A stretch of DNA of 61,736 nucleotides from contig JANOQI010000034.1 of the NCBI GenBank assembly GCA_031414775.1, positions 1 through 61,736 of the forward strand, written 5' to 3'. Within the stretch, counting starts at the first letter, position 1, and each line of letters begins with the position of its first letter. The DNA comes from Synechococcales cyanobacterium VAR_4_metabat_354. GTDB lineage: Bacteria; Cyanobacteriota; Cyanobacteriia; Cyanobacteriales; Chamaesiphonaceae. The translations under genes and the position numbers were made by a program. Below are positions 20,043 through 30,845 of this stretch, one piece after another. Under the pieces are notes generated by a model. The model saw only the letters and a program-made list of their open reading frames with translations. It was not told where the DNA came from and ran no database searches.

Positions 20043-21101
20043 TTAGCGCAGTGCGTCCAGCAATCGCTCATTCTCTCTCGGTGTCCCCGTAGCAATCCGC
20101 AAGTGGTAAGCATCCAGTCCGGGTTTATCGCCAAAATCGGCCACATAGATTTCTTGGCTGGCCAATTTACTCACCACATCTGCGGCTGTCCGATCGAGTG
20201 GCTGGGAGCTAATGAACAAAAAGTTAGTAGCGGAAGGATAAACCTGAAAACCCAAGGTAGTCAGTTCCTGCGTTAACTTGGCTCGCTCTGCTTTAATCTC
20301 AGTCAACTTCTCTTGCACATATTCTTGATCCTGGACGGCGGCGATACCAGCGGCGATCGCTAGTTGATTCACCGAGAAAATCTGCGCTACCCGATAAATA
20401 TAATCCACCAGTTGTGGATTGGTGATGCCGTAGCCAATCCTTAAACCAGCTAATCCAAAGCCTTTAGAAAGACTGCGCAGAATGATTAGGTGGGGATGTC
20501 GATCGACTAAATCAGCCACAGTCATCTGACAAATTTCAAAGTAACATTCGTCAATTACGACCAAGCAATTCACTTGCTCCAATAAGGCAATAATCTGATC
20601 GCGACTGGTCAAGTTAGCAGTGGGGTTATTAGGGTTAGCAATAAAAATCAGCTTGGTGCGATCAGTGACGGCTTGGACGATCGCGGGGAGGTCTAAATCA
20701 AAATCAGCAGTTCGCTGCACGGACACAGCTTTGCCACCCAGCATCTCCGTAGCGGCTCCGTAAACAAAGAAGGTTGGAATCGGCAAAATCACTTCATCCC
20801 CTGGTTCCAAACAAATTTTTAGCACCAGCTCAATCAAATCGTCCGAGCCATTACCCGCAAATATTTTGTCTAGGCTAACTTGGTTGTAGTCGGCTAACGC
20901 CTGGCGCAATTTATTGGTCAGCACTTCGGGGTAGCGATTGATGCCGCTAGCTGCTTGTTGGATGGCGGCGATCACTTTGGGAGAAGGCGGATAGGGAAAC
21001 TCACCCTTGTCGAGGCGGATCGATCGATCGTTTTTAGGCACTCCGGCAATCTTGGGATTGATTTTTTGAATGGCTGGGCGGATGAGAGATTCTAGGTTCA
21101 T
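20043..21101 (-). CDS. PLP-dependent aminotransferase, HisC (histidinol-phosphate transaminase) family
   Basis: GNGSDDLI, IANPNNPT, IDECY, RSLSKGFGLAGLRIGY, LRIATG; N-terminal motif atypical (LDKGEFP). Confidence 0.85.
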   Translation of the reverse strand: MNLESLIRPAIQKINPKIAGVPKNDRSIRLDKGEFPYPPSPKVIAAIQQAASGINRYPEVLTNKLRQALADYNQVSLDKIFAGNGSDDLIELVLKICLEPGDEVILPIPTFFVYGAATEMLGGKAVSVQRTADFDLDLPAIVQAVTDRTKLIFIANPNNPTANLTSRDQIIALLEQVNCLVVIDECYFEICQMTVADLVDRHPHLIILRSLSKGFGLAGLRIGYGITNPQLVDYIYRVAQIFSVNQLAIAAGIAAVQDQEYVQEKLTEIKAERAKLTQELTTLGFQVYPSATNFLFISSQPLDRTAADVVSKLASQEIYVADFGDKPGLDAYHLRIATGTPRENERLLDALR

Positions 21102-21221
21102 AGAGGGATGTTGATCAACATTAGAGATTTACCAAAACAACGCCTAGTTACTTCTCTGTAAAGAAGTGCTCGATTAATTATTCCTTTTATATTTACCACT
21201 GTTTACTGCAACACAAAACAA

Positions 21222-21259
21222 ATTAAAGAGGCGAACAATTAATTGTTCACCTCTTTAAT
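21222..21259 (-). terminator. Terminator of tkt
   Basis: ATTAAAGAGGCGAACAATT/AATTGTTCACCTCTTTAAT near-perfect inverted repeat 25 nt past the tkt stop, then T-rich on the minus strand. Confidence 0.75.
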
Positions 21260-21284
21260 CTATGGATAGAAATTGCTGTAGCTC

Positions 21285-23288
21285 CTAGCCAAGTAATGCC
21301 TTAGCTTTAGTAATCACGTTATCAACAGTGAAACCAAACTTCTCTAGACAGACTGCACCCGGTGCCGAAGCCCCAAAGGTATCGATCGCAATCACATCAC
21401 CTTCAGTCCCGACAAACCGGTGCCAGCCCATGCTACTACCAGCCTCTACCGATAACCTCTTAGTAACAGCCTTTGGTAAAATTGATTCTTTATAAGCAGC
21501 ATCCTGCTCATCAAACAATTCCCAACAAGGCATTGAGACGACTCGCACCTTTTTACCAGCCGTGCGCAATTGCTCCGCCGCCTTGATGCACAGATCAACT
21601 TCCGAACCAGTACCAATCAAGATCAACTCGGGAGTACCGTCGCTATCCGATGCCACGTAAGCACCCTTCGCTACGATGTCTGCTGAGGATTTCTCTAGAT
21701 TAACCAACGCTTGCCGCGAAAGAGCCAGTAAAGTTGGCCGTTTGCGGTTCTGCATAGCCACTTTGTAGGCTCCAGAAGTCTCGTTACCATCCGCTGGCCG
21801 CATTACCAACAGGTTAGGAATTGCCCGCAGGGAAGCAACTGTTTCTACTGGCTGGTGAGTGGGGCCATCTTCACCAAGTCCGATCGAATCGTGGGTCATT
21901 ACATAAATTACCCCAGCTTCCGACAGCGCCGACAACCGAATTGCGCCTCTCATGTAGTCAGCAAATACCAAAAAGGTGGCACAGTAAGGTACTAAACCAG
22001 AATTGTGCAGCAATATGCCATTACAAATGGCACCCATAGCGTGCTCACGCACCCCAAAGTGGATATTGCGATTTTCGTAGGAACCCTTTTTAAAGTCTCC
22101 ACTAACCTTCAGCTCCGTCAAGTTGGAGTGAGTCAAATCCGCCGAACCACCAATGAGTTCCGGCACAACTGGGGCAAGCGCATTTAAGCATTTCTCCGAA
22201 TGCTGACGGCTAGCCAAACCTTTATCGGCCACAGTGTAGCTGGGAAGACTGTCTGCCCAACCAGTAGGTAGTTCACCACTCAGAGCACGATCGAACTCTT
22301 TTGCTTCCGCTGGATACTTAGCACGGTAAGTGGTTAGGATGGTATTCCAATCTTGCTCAAATTTAGCACCAGTAGCTGATGCATCCATGTGCTTTTGAAC
22401 GTCAGCTGGAATTACAAACGGCTCATACTCCCAACCCAAGTTTTCCCGAGTGAGTTTGATTTCATCAGTACCCAAGGCCGCACCGTGAATACCAGCGCTG
22501 TTGGATTTGTTGGGAGAACCATAACCAATAATGGTGGTCACTTTAATCATGGTGGGCTTGTCGGTAACCGCCTTAGCTTGTTCGATCGCCTTGGCAATTC
22601 CAGCTAGGTCTTCGTTGCCATCGGGCACATGCAAAACGTGCCAACCATAAGCTTCAAAACGTTTGCTGACATCCTCGGTGAACGCCACCTCGGTGCTGCC
22701 ATCGATCGAGATGTGGTTATCATCATAGAGGGCAATCAGTTTACCTAAGCCCAAGTGACCAGCCAACGAGCAAGCTTCACCAGAAATTCCTTCCATGTTG
22801 CAGCCATCACCCAAAATCACGTAGGTGTAATGGTCTACAAGCTGACAGTCGGGTTTGTTGTATTTAGCAGCCATATGCGCTTCGGCAATGGCCAAGCCCA
22901 CACCGTTACAGATCCCCTGACCCAACGGACCGGTAGTGACTTCCACACCAGGCGTAACGAAATTTTCGGGGTGGCCAGGGGTGCGCGATTCCCACTGACG
23001 GAAGTTTTTGATGTCGTCGATCGTGACGCTATCGTAGCCAGTTAGGTGTAACAAGGCATACTGCAACATACAGCCATGACCAGCAGACAAGACAAACCTG
23101 TCGCGGTTAAACCATTGCGGATTCTTAGGATTGAACCGCATGAATTGTTTCCAGACGACGTAGGCCATCGGCGCAGCACCCATCGGTAGACCGGGGTGGC
23201 CAGATTTAGCTTTCTCGACAGCATCGATCGCCAGAAAGCGAATGGCATTGATAGAAATTTGTTCTAGGGATTGGGCGGTAACAGGCAT
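21285..23288 (-). CDS. tkt: Transketolase
   Basis: [51 protein letters not shown]. Confidence 0.98.
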   Translation of the reverse strand: MPVTAQSLEQISINAIRFLAIDAVEKAKSGHPGLPMGAAPMAYVVWKQFMRFNPKNPQWFNRDRFVLSAGHGCMLQYALLHLTGYDSVTIDDIKNFRQWESRTPGHPENFVTPGVEVTTGPLGQGICNGVGLAIAEAHMAAKYNKPDCQLVDHYTYVILGDGCNMEGISGEACSLAGHLGLGKLIALYDDNHISIDGSTEVAFTEDVSKRFEAYGWHVLHVPDGNEDLAGIAKAIEQAKAVTDKPTMIKVTTIIGYGSPNKSNSAGIHGAALGTDEIKLTRENLGWEYEPFVIPADVQKHMDASATGAKFEQDWNTILTTYRAKYPAEAKEFDRALSGELPTGWADSLPSYTVADKGLASRQHSEKCLNALAPVVPELIGGSADLTHSNLTELKVSGDFKKGSYENRNIHFGVREHAMGAICNGILLHNSGLVPYCATFLVFADYMRGAIRLSALSEAGVIYVMTHDSIGLGEDGPTHQPVETVASLRAIPNLLVMRPADGNETSGAYKVAMQNRKRPTLLALSRQALVNLEKSSADIVAKGAYVASDSDGTPELILIGTGSEVDLCIKAAEQLRTAGKKVRVVSMPCWELFDEQDAAYKESILPKAVTKRLSVEAGSSMGWHRFVGTEGDVIAIDTFGASAPGAVCLEKFGFTVDNVITKAKALLG

Positions 23289-23840
23289 GGCTTAAATATA
23301 TAGATTCTGCTATGCGCTCTAAAACTTGTTGAGCGATCAGGTCGCTTAACTAGAGACGCGTGGGCTATTTTGGAGAAGTTTACAGCTATCGGCTAGTGTG
23401 CTGTATCACTCGTATTGTTGCTGATAATCATCTCATTAGGTGGAGTGCTGGGCAAGAGCGATCAAAGTTTTTTTCAGGATTAAAAACTGAGTATGGAGTT
23501 TTCCGGCAATTGCAGAGCCACATGCAAAGCGTAATATCTGGTGATAATCAGTATTTTAGTCTAATGTGACCTACGGATAATCCGCAATCATTAGGTATTG
23601 AAATTCTCACCTTAGATCATCTGAATGATGATCTACAAACGTAATTAGATGATGAGTCTTGCTGAGTTATGCAATTCAATTTACCACTATCTGCAATCTT
23701 CATAGCAGTTCCAAAAATACTAACTCTGCAAACATCGACCCCAAGAGTGATGCACTATATCATAGTTATTAGTAACGACAATTTGTTATTATTTTGCTGC
23801 AAATGTTGAAATACGTTAAATATTCAAGATCAAATAGCTA

Positions 23841-24383
23841 TCACTTGAAAACTTTTCGCCAAGCCTGAACCGTACCAGTTCCAACCTCAGACTCCACGAT
23901 CGAATCTGCTATTAATATTCTGACCTTAACATTTTTGTTAGCAGGAGCAGTCGCTAAAGCTCTAGCTAATCGGGGCGAAACTGAACCTTGGGCATATTTA
24001 TACAGTTTGTTATTGATAGAAACCAGAAAGTAGGAAGCACGATACTTTTGGGTGTAAGACTTTTGAATTGGCTCATTCTTAAATTCACATCGTCTTTCAC
24101 CATTTTCGTCTCCCTTACAAGTCTCTACTGCTTTATATCCCTCTATCTTAGAAAAAGTCTTACTGAGTGTAAACCGAATGCTTTTTTTTGACCAACTACT
24201 GACAATTTTATAGTCATCCACTGTATGGCGATCATGTACTACGGAACCATCAAATTCATTAGAAACAGGTTTAGACCAACTCACACTGGAATTATAATCG
24301 ATCGTTGTTGGTTCTACGGCCATCGCCATACCACCATAAAACAAACTAAAAGCTACCGCAGGTAATAATGAGCCGGTTTTCAT
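23841..24383 (-). CDS. Hypothetical exported protein
   Basis: Signal peptide (..GGMAMA), Cys pair, AT-rich coding sequence. Confidence 0.7.
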   Translation of the reverse strand: MKTGSLLPAVAFSLFYGGMAMAVEPTTIDYNSSVSWSKPVSNEFDGSVVHDRHTVDDYKIVSSWSKKSIRFTLSKTFSKIEGYKAVETCKGDENGERRCEFKNEPIQKSYTQKYRASYFLVSINNKLYKYAQGSVSPRLARALATAPANKNVKVRILIADSIVESEVGTGTVQAWRKVFK

Positions 24384-24724
24384 ATCTTTTGGGTTAGGGA
24401 TTCTTCAACCTGTAATTAAAGCTTAGTTTGTGAGCAATTTAGCAATGTGTAGAAATTCCAACTCACCAAATAGATTTATTATCTTATTCCATTGGCAACA
24501 AATTCTATATTAGTAGTCAAGCAATCTTTAATCTGTGGTTTAGTGAACGCAGCATTATTCTAAGCAATGCTTACGACTAAGCTTGAAAAAGTATGAATCT
24601 GATGTCAGTATTGGAATGATAGGGTCGTATGAAATTTTTAGGTTGAAACAGTAAATATTGTTACCAGATACTGTGAACTCCGACATATACAAAGCTTTAT
24701 TCTTGACAGAAGAAGGAGATTTTC

Positions 24725-25402
24725 ATGAAGATTATGAGCAAGCAGATGCTACATCTCGACTTTTTGCTAACAATTAAAGGGGTTATTTCTCTATTCAGAG
24801 ATCCTACTAAAACCGAGTCTGTCTATGACATTGAAGATGGGTTGCGGAACACAAAAGCCACTCAATTAGCGGTGGAGTTTGCGAAAAGTGACCCGAAAGT
24901 TGCTCAACTTATTGCAGAAAGATATGTCCCACCCCATTTGGATATGGATGCGCTGCTGGCGCTACCCGCCGGTTCCCTTGGTCATGTTTACGCTACTTAC
25001 ATTCAGGAATCTGGTTTTGATCCTAATTTCTACCGTAAAATTGAGGTGCAAGATGAAATTAGTTATGTGCTTTTACGTTTACGCCAAACCCATGACATTT
25101 GGCATATCGTTACGGGATTTGATACCAATGTGGCAGGCGAGTTGGGACTAAAGTCTTTTGAGCTTGCCCAGACTCGTCGAACTATGGCATTCATCCTCTT
25201 GACTGGCGGACTTTTAAGTGTGTTATCTAAATCCCCAGCAGATTTAGATGTTTTGCTGGAATGTATTGCTTTGGGATATCGCAGCGGTGCGAAAGCCCAG
25301 CCATTACTTGCCCAAAAATGGGAGGAACAATGGTCTAAGCCTGTCAGCGAATGGCGGCAAGAACTAGGAATTGAAGTTGCCAAAAAATATATTCCATATT
25401 GA
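24725..25402 (+). CDS. Coq4-family protein
   Basis: LPAGSLG, RLRQTHDIWHIVTGF...GE (HDxxH..E), KWEE.W.KP motifs; AGGAG SD. Confidence 0.88.
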   Translation: MKIMSKQMLHLDFLLTIKGVISLFRDPTKTESVYDIEDGLRNTKATQLAVEFAKSDPKVAQLIAERYVPPHLDMDALLALPAGSLGHVYATYIQESGFDPNFYRKIEVQDEISYVLLRLRQTHDIWHIVTGFDTNVAGELGLKSFELAQTRRTMAFILLTGGLLSVLSKSPADLDVLLECIALGYRSGAKAQPLLAQKWEEQWSKPVSEWRQELGIEVAKKYIPY

Positions 25403-25500
25403 TCGACAAGCATCCCCCCATCACATTACTGTTACGGCGGTGCTCTCCATCTAAAAGCTTTAAAATTAAGGAGTTCACCTAGGAATCGTTTTAATCTTCT

Positions 25501-28500
25501 ATGCATCGCACCGCCACCATTCCTGGGGGACTCGCCGCCACCACTGACAGCCTCATCCTGATCGAGCAAATCCCCGCTCCGATCGTCATCATCACCTCCG
25601 CCGATACCGACATCCAAGCCTTTGCTCAAGCCTGGTCACAGCTCCCTCCCGGCTTCCCCGAACTTCGGGCACTGAACATCCTAGCCTTGCAACAGCAAAT
25701 GACGATCGATCTCTACGCCGAAGAAGTCCTTGCTCACGCTCAAGTTATTGTAGTTCGGCTCCTGGGTGGCATTGGCTACTGGTCCTACGGTCTCGAAGTT
25801 GTCCAAGAACTAGTCGAAAGAACCGGTGCGGCGCTGATTTTAATGCCTGGTGACGACCAGCCTGATCTCTCCCTACTTAGTCGATCGACCCTACCCCTCA
25901 ACGATGTCAATCAAGTCTGGCGCTACTTTATCGAAGGTGGCACCGAAAACCTCAAGCAATCACTATATTTCTTAGCTAATCGCTGCCTGAAGTTAGACTA
26001 CAAATATCAACTACCCCAGCCCGTCCCCAAAGTCGGCATCTATCCCTGGCCAGTCAGCGACAGGTCTAAACCACAGGTCGGCATCTTGTTCTATCGGGCG
26101 CACTATCTGGTCGGTAACACCGCCGCCATCGATGCCCTCTGTCAATCCTTAATCGATTGCCAGCTCACCCCCGTCCCTATTTTCGTTTCCTCCCTGCGCG
26201 ACCCCGCAGTCCAAGCCGAACTCATCAGCTATTGCCAACCTAATGTTCGAGTATTATTAAACACCACTAGCTTTTCACTGATCGCGCCCGCACCACTGTA
26301 TCCAGCCATGCCTACCGAGCTGGATACTAATGGGCTGTGGGCAAATTTGGATATACCGATTTTGCAAGTAATCTTGAGCGGCGGTGGCTTAGACGATTGG
26401 CAAGCCCAACTGAATGGATTATCGCCCCGCGATACCGCCATGAATGTTGCGCTCCCGGAAGTCGATGGTCGGATTATCAGCCGCGCTGTATCTTTTAAAG
26501 CCGTATTTTCCAAACATCCCGTCCTGCAAACCGAAGTCCTCGGCTATCAACCTTTGCCCGATCGGGTACAGTTTGTCGCCGAGCTAGCCGCTAATTGGGT
26601 GAAACTGAGTCAAGTTAAGGTGGCCGATCGCAAGGTGGCTCTAATTTTAGCAAACTATCCCAACCGCGATGGCCGACTGGCTAATGGCGTGGGGCTAGAC
26701 ACTCCAGCAAGTTGTGTCGAGATCCTAAAAGCACTCCAAGCTGAAGGTTACACCACGACAAAATTACCACAGACTGGTGATGAATTAATCCAGTGGCTGA
26801 CCCAAGGCATCACCAACGATCCAGAAGGTCGATCGATCCGGCCAGTCCACCAAAGTTTAGACTTAGCAACCTATCAAGATTTTTTCACTAGTCAACCAGC
26901 CGCTGTCCAAGCAGCCGTCAATCTGCGCTGGTCAGAACCAAGTGGTGATTTTCCAGTAGCTGGTATTCAACTAGGTAATATCTTTGTGGGTGTTCAACCC
27001 GCGCGCGGTTATGACCTAGATCCTAGCTTAAATTATCATGCCCCAGATTTGGAACCAACCCACGACTACTTGGCTTTCTATCAATGGGTGCGATCGATCT
27101 TCGGTGCCCAAGCCATCGTGCATGTGGGCAAGCATGGCAACTTAGAATGGCTACCGGGTAAAAGTTTGGCGCTATCCAACTGTTGTTATCCGGAAGTAGC
27201 CTTGGGTGCGATGCCCCACTTTTATCCGTTTATTGTTAACGACCCCGGTGAAGGTGCCCAGGCCAAGCGCCGTGCCCAAGCAGTAATCCTTGATCATCTC
27301 ACGCCACCCATGACCAGAGCAGAATTGTATGGAGACCTGCAAGCTCTAGAAAACTTGGTGGACGAGTACTACGAAGCCATGAGTCTCAATCCTGGCCGCC
27401 TGTCCTTGGTGCAAGAAAAAATAGTGACACTACTAGCAGCTAGCAACCTAAATGAAGATTTGGGAATCATAGTTACTGCCGATGAATTGCGCCAGCGCTT
27501 TGACGATACGGTTTTAAATCACTTAGACCGGTCACTATGTGAAATCAAAGAAGCTCAAATTCGGGATGGATTGCATATTCTCGGTCAATGTCCCAGCGGC
27601 GACCAACTACGAGATTTGATTATTGCCATCGCCCGTCATCCCCAAGCAGGACGAATAGGTTTGACTAGATCGATCGCTAAGGATGCCGGTTGGGACTTTG
27701 ACCCCCTCCAAGTCGATCCAGCTCTGCTTGTTCCCGGAGAATGGCGGAACGCAGGGCAAGTAGTGGAATCGATCGAGGAACAAGCTCAAGCATTAGTAGC
27801 AGCACTAATCGAAAAATCTCCGCTAATACCGGACAACTCGGCAACTTATCAAGAACTCCAATGGATTGCTCAGTGTTTATTGCCAAATCTCCAACAAACC
27901 AGTCAAGAAATTACTAATTTATTGCATGGCTTAAATGGTGGCTACATCGCTAGTGGGCCAGCTGGGGCACCCACCAGAGGTCGCTCGGAAGTGTTACCCA
28001 CTGGCCGCAATTTTTACTCCGTCGATATCCGCGCCGTCCCCACCGAAAGCGCCTGGGATGTGGGACGGAAGGCGGCAGAAGCATTAATTGAACGTTATAC
28101 CCAAGAACATGGCGAATATCCGCGCACTTTGGGCTTATCGATCTGGGGCACTGCCACCATGCGTACTGGTGGCGACGATCTGGCTGAAGCCTTAGCTTTA
28201 TTGGGAGTCAGACCAGTATGGGATGGGATGTCGCGACGAGTAGTGGACTTTGAGATTTTGCCGTTGTCCGTATTAGATCGTCCCCGCGTAGATGTGACAC
28301 TACGGATTTCCGGGTTCTTCCGTGATGCTTTCCCAAACTTAATTGACCTATTCAATCAGGCCGTGGCGGCCGTGGCCGCTTTAGATGAACCCGCCGATCA
28401 AAATCCCTTGGCAGCACAAATCAAAACCGAAATTGCGGGTTGGTCGGCAGCAGGATTGGATCGGCAAGAAGCAATCGATAGATCTTCTCACCGGGTATTT

Positions 28501-29217
28501 GGCTCTAAACCGGGCGCATATGGTGCTGGTTTACAGGGCTTAATTGATGCTCAGAATTGGTCAGATGAGCAGGACTTAGCTAATGCTTACATCAACTGGA
28601 GTAGTTATACCTATAGTGGTAGTGGGGTGGGCAAGGCTGCCCCCGAAGCATTCCAACGACGCTTAGGCGATATGCAAGTAGTGCTCCAAAATCAAGATAA
28701 TCGCGAACACGACCTACTTGATTCTGATGACTATTATCAATTTCAAGGCGGCTTAACAGCGGCAGTTCGATCGATCAGCGGCCAGCAACCGGCCACCTAT
28801 TTTGGCGATAATGCTCTCACGGAGAATCCCAAAGTTCGATCGCTCGCCGAGGAAATTGCCAAAGTCTATCGATCGCGGGTGGTAAATCCCAAATGGATTA
28901 GTGGAGTGATGCGCCACGGTTATAAAGGAGCCTTTGAAATGGCTGCTACCGTGGACTTTTTGTTCGCTTACGATGCCACTGCCCATTGCGTCGCCGACCA
29001 TATGTATGAGGGAGTAGCGGCGGCTTACCTATTTGATCCACAGGTACAAGACTTTGTAAGACAGCACAATCCATGGGCGGCCAGAGATATGGCCGATCGA
29101 CTATTGGAGGCACATCAGCGGGGTTTATGGGCGACAGCTAGTCCAGAAACCTTAAAACAGCTTCAGGAAGTTTCCCTAGAGATGGAAGGTGAGGTGGAAA
29201 ATACCCTCACACCCTAA
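25501..29217 (+). CDS. cobN: Cobaltochelatase subunit CobN
   Basis: HVGKHGNLEWLPGK, PFIVNDPGEG.QAKRR, LPTGRNFY, RPRVDVTLRISGFFRD, MRHGYKGA. Confidence 0.97.
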   Translation: MHRTATIPGGLAATTDSLILIEQIPAPIVIITSADTDIQAFAQAWSQLPPGFPELRALNILALQQQMTIDLYAEEVLAHAQVIVVRLLGGIGYWSYGLEVVQELVERTGAALILMPGDDQPDLSLLSRSTLPLNDVNQVWRYFIEGGTENLKQSLYFLANRCLKLDYKYQLPQPVPKVGIYPWPVSDRSKPQVGILFYRAHYLVGNTAAIDALCQSLIDCQLTPVPIFVSSLRDPAVQAELISYCQPNVRVLLNTTSFSLIAPAPLYPAMPTELDTNGLWANLDIPILQVILSGGGLDDWQAQLNGLSPRDTAMNVALPEVDGRIISRAVSFKAVFSKHPVLQTEVLGYQPLPDRVQFVAELAANWVKLSQVKVADRKVALILANYPNRDGRLANGVGLDTPASCVEILKALQAEGYTTTKLPQTGDELIQWLTQGITNDPEGRSIRPVHQSLDLATYQDFFTSQPAAVQAAVNLRWSEPSGDFPVAGIQLGNIFVGVQPARGYDLDPSLNYHAPDLEPTHDYLAFYQWVRSIFGAQAIVHVGKHGNLEWLPGKSLALSNCCYPEVALGAMPHFYPFIVNDPGEGAQAKRRAQAVILDHLTPPMTRAELYGDLQALENLVDEYYEAMSLNPGRLSLVQEKIVTLLAASNLNEDLGIIVTADELRQRFDDTVLNHLDRSLCEIKEAQIRDGLHILGQCPSGDQLRDLIIAIARHPQAGRIGLTRSIAKDAGWDFDPLQVDPALLVPGEWRNAGQVVESIEEQAQALVAALIEKSPLIPDNSATYQELQWIAQCLLPNLQQTSQEITNLLHGLNGGYIASGPAGAPTRGRSEVLPTGRNFYSVDIRAVPTESAWDVGRKAAEALIERYTQEHGEYPRTLGLSIWGTATMRTGGDDLAEALALLGVRPVWDGMSRRVVDFEILPLSVLDRPRVDVTLRISGFFRDAFPNLIDLFNQAVAAVAALDEPADQNPLAAQIKTEIAGWSAAGLDRQEAIDRSSHRVFGSKPGAYGAGLQGLIDAQNWSDEQDLANAYINWSSYTYSGSGVGKAAPEAFQRRLGDMQVVLQNQDNREHDLLDSDDYYQFQGGLTAAVRSISGQQPATYFGDNALTENPKVRSLAEEIAKVYRSRVVNPKWISGVMRHGYKGAFEMAATVDFLFAYDATAHCVADHMYEGVAAAYLFDPQVQDFVRQHNPWAARDMADRLLEAHQRGLWATASPETLKQLQEVSLEMEGEVENTLTP

Positions 29218-29262
29218 TATTCAGATCAGGGAATCATTTATCAAAAGCTCGACAGCATAATT

Positions 29263-30621
29263 TTAGCCCCCCAGACTTTTCGCTTGCTCTAGAGCATCTT
29301 GATAGTTAGCATCACTGCCCTGCTTTTTGTAAATCTCAGCCGATCGCTGATAATCAGCGATCGCTTTTTTCTTATTTCCTAAAACAGCATGGGCACCGCC
29401 CCGATTGTAGTAAGCCATTGCATACTGAGCATCTAATTGAATAGCTTTATCATAATCAGTTAGAGCCTTTTCATATTTCTTGACCCCATAGTAAGCAGCA
29501 CCACGATTAGTATAATTAATCGCATTTCTTGGCTCTATTTGTACCGCTCTATTGTGATCGATGATGGCTTTCTCATATTTTTTTAATTCGTAGTAAGCCA
29601 AGCCCCGGTTGGTATAGGCTACAGCGTATTGAGAATTTAGTTGAATTGCTTTATCAAAGTCGGTAATCGCTTTGTTGTATTTCTTGAGTTCATAATAGTC
29701 CAAACCTCTATTGGTATAAGTCACCGCATTTTTAGAGTTCAATTGGATCGCTTGGTCGTAATCGACAATTGCTTTGTCATATTTTTTTAGTTCATCATAA
29801 GCAAAAGCACGATTGATATAAGTAGGTAAATCTTTAGGATTTAATTGGCTAACCTTGTTGTAGTCAGCGATCGCCTTTTCATACTTCTTCAATTTACTAT
29901 AGGCAGTAGCGCGATTATAGTAAGCAGTCGCATTTTTGGCATCCACTTGAACTACTCTGTCATAGTCAGTAATCGCTTTGTCATACTGCTTCAATTTGCT
30001 ATGGGCAACACCGCGATTGTAATAAGCTTCAGTATTTTTGGAATTTAGTTGAACTGCTTTATTATAGTCAGGAATGGCCTTTTCATATTTTTGCAACTTG
30101 CTATAAGCCATGCCTCGTTCGTAATATGCTGGAGCGTTTCGCGGATCGGATTGGATTACCTTATCGAAATCAGAAATTGCTTTGTCATATTTTTCTAATT
30201 TACCCTGAGCAACACCGCGATTGTAGTAAGCTACACTATTTTTCGGGTCTAACTGGATTACCTTACCGTAATCAGTAATCGCTCTTGTGTAGCTTTTCAA
30301 TTTATCGTAAGCCGTGCCCCGGATAAAATACAGCCGAGCATTTTGCGGACTACTGATAATGGCTTGGTTCATATCTATCAACATGCCGCGATAGTCGCGT
30401 CGCCCTTCTTTGGCCACTGCACTATTGATTAAACTATCAACAGATTTCTTTGGTTTAGTGAGTCTAGATGGCTTAGATAGTTCGGTAGTAGTTTCTAAGT
30501 CAGTAGCTTCAGTATTTTTTTGTTCAGCTGAGAGCATCAGCGCAGAAACAGGCAACACACAACTAATTAAGAAGGCATTTCCCAAGAGGGCAACGGACAA
30601 AAGACGACTATTCATATACAA
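29263..30621 (-). CDS. Exported TPR-repeat protein
   Basis: Signal-like N-terminus, then about ten highly regular 34-aa TPRs (AY.NRG.AY..LKKY.KAI.DY). Confidence 0.9.
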   Translation of the reverse strand: MYMNSRLLSVALLGNAFLISCVLPVSALMLSAEQKNTEATDLETTTELSKPSRLTKPKKSVDSLINSAVAKEGRRDYRGMLIDMNQAIISSPQNARLYFIRGTAYDKLKSYTRAITDYGKVIQLDPKNSVAYYNRGVAQGKLEKYDKAISDFDKVIQSDPRNAPAYYERGMAYSKLQKYEKAIPDYNKAVQLNSKNTEAYYNRGVAHSKLKQYDKAITDYDRVVQVDAKNATAYYNRATAYSKLKKYEKAIADYNKVSQLNPKDLPTYINRAFAYDELKKYDKAIVDYDQAIQLNSKNAVTYTNRGLDYYELKKYNKAITDFDKAIQLNSQYAVAYTNRGLAYYELKKYEKAIIDHNRAVQIEPRNAINYTNRGAAYYGVKKYEKALTDYDKAIQLDAQYAMAYYNRGGAHAVLGNKKKAIADYQRSAEIYKKQGSDANYQDALEQAKSLGG

Positions 30622-30845
30622 GGCTATATGGCTTGAACTGATTTACTGACTTGATGGTACCCTAAAATTTGCAGCGGTATTCGATCGAGTACGAGCAAAG
30701 CCCATCCTAAAAACCTTGGCCAACTTCTCTGGTCTAATTTGAAGATAATTTTACCCTGGCAATCCTCATACAGACCAAGATGACCATTATGATATGATGG
30801 CCTTCAAAATACTTATCACAAATTCAAAAAAGGTAGTTAGAGATT

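Noticed and set aside
23360..23569. 69-aa ORF in the tkt upstream region
   Set aside because: GTG start, no clear SD or motif; not supportable as a gene.
24651..24664. GTA-N8-TAC (NtcA consensus) upstream of the Coq4-family gene
   Set aside because: Lacks the flanking T/A and has no TAN3T box 22 nt away in either direction; a 6-bp consensus occurs often by chance.
25403..25500. Possible cobalamin riboswitch before cobN
   Set aside because: Only 98 nt and no recognisable B12-box or core motifs.
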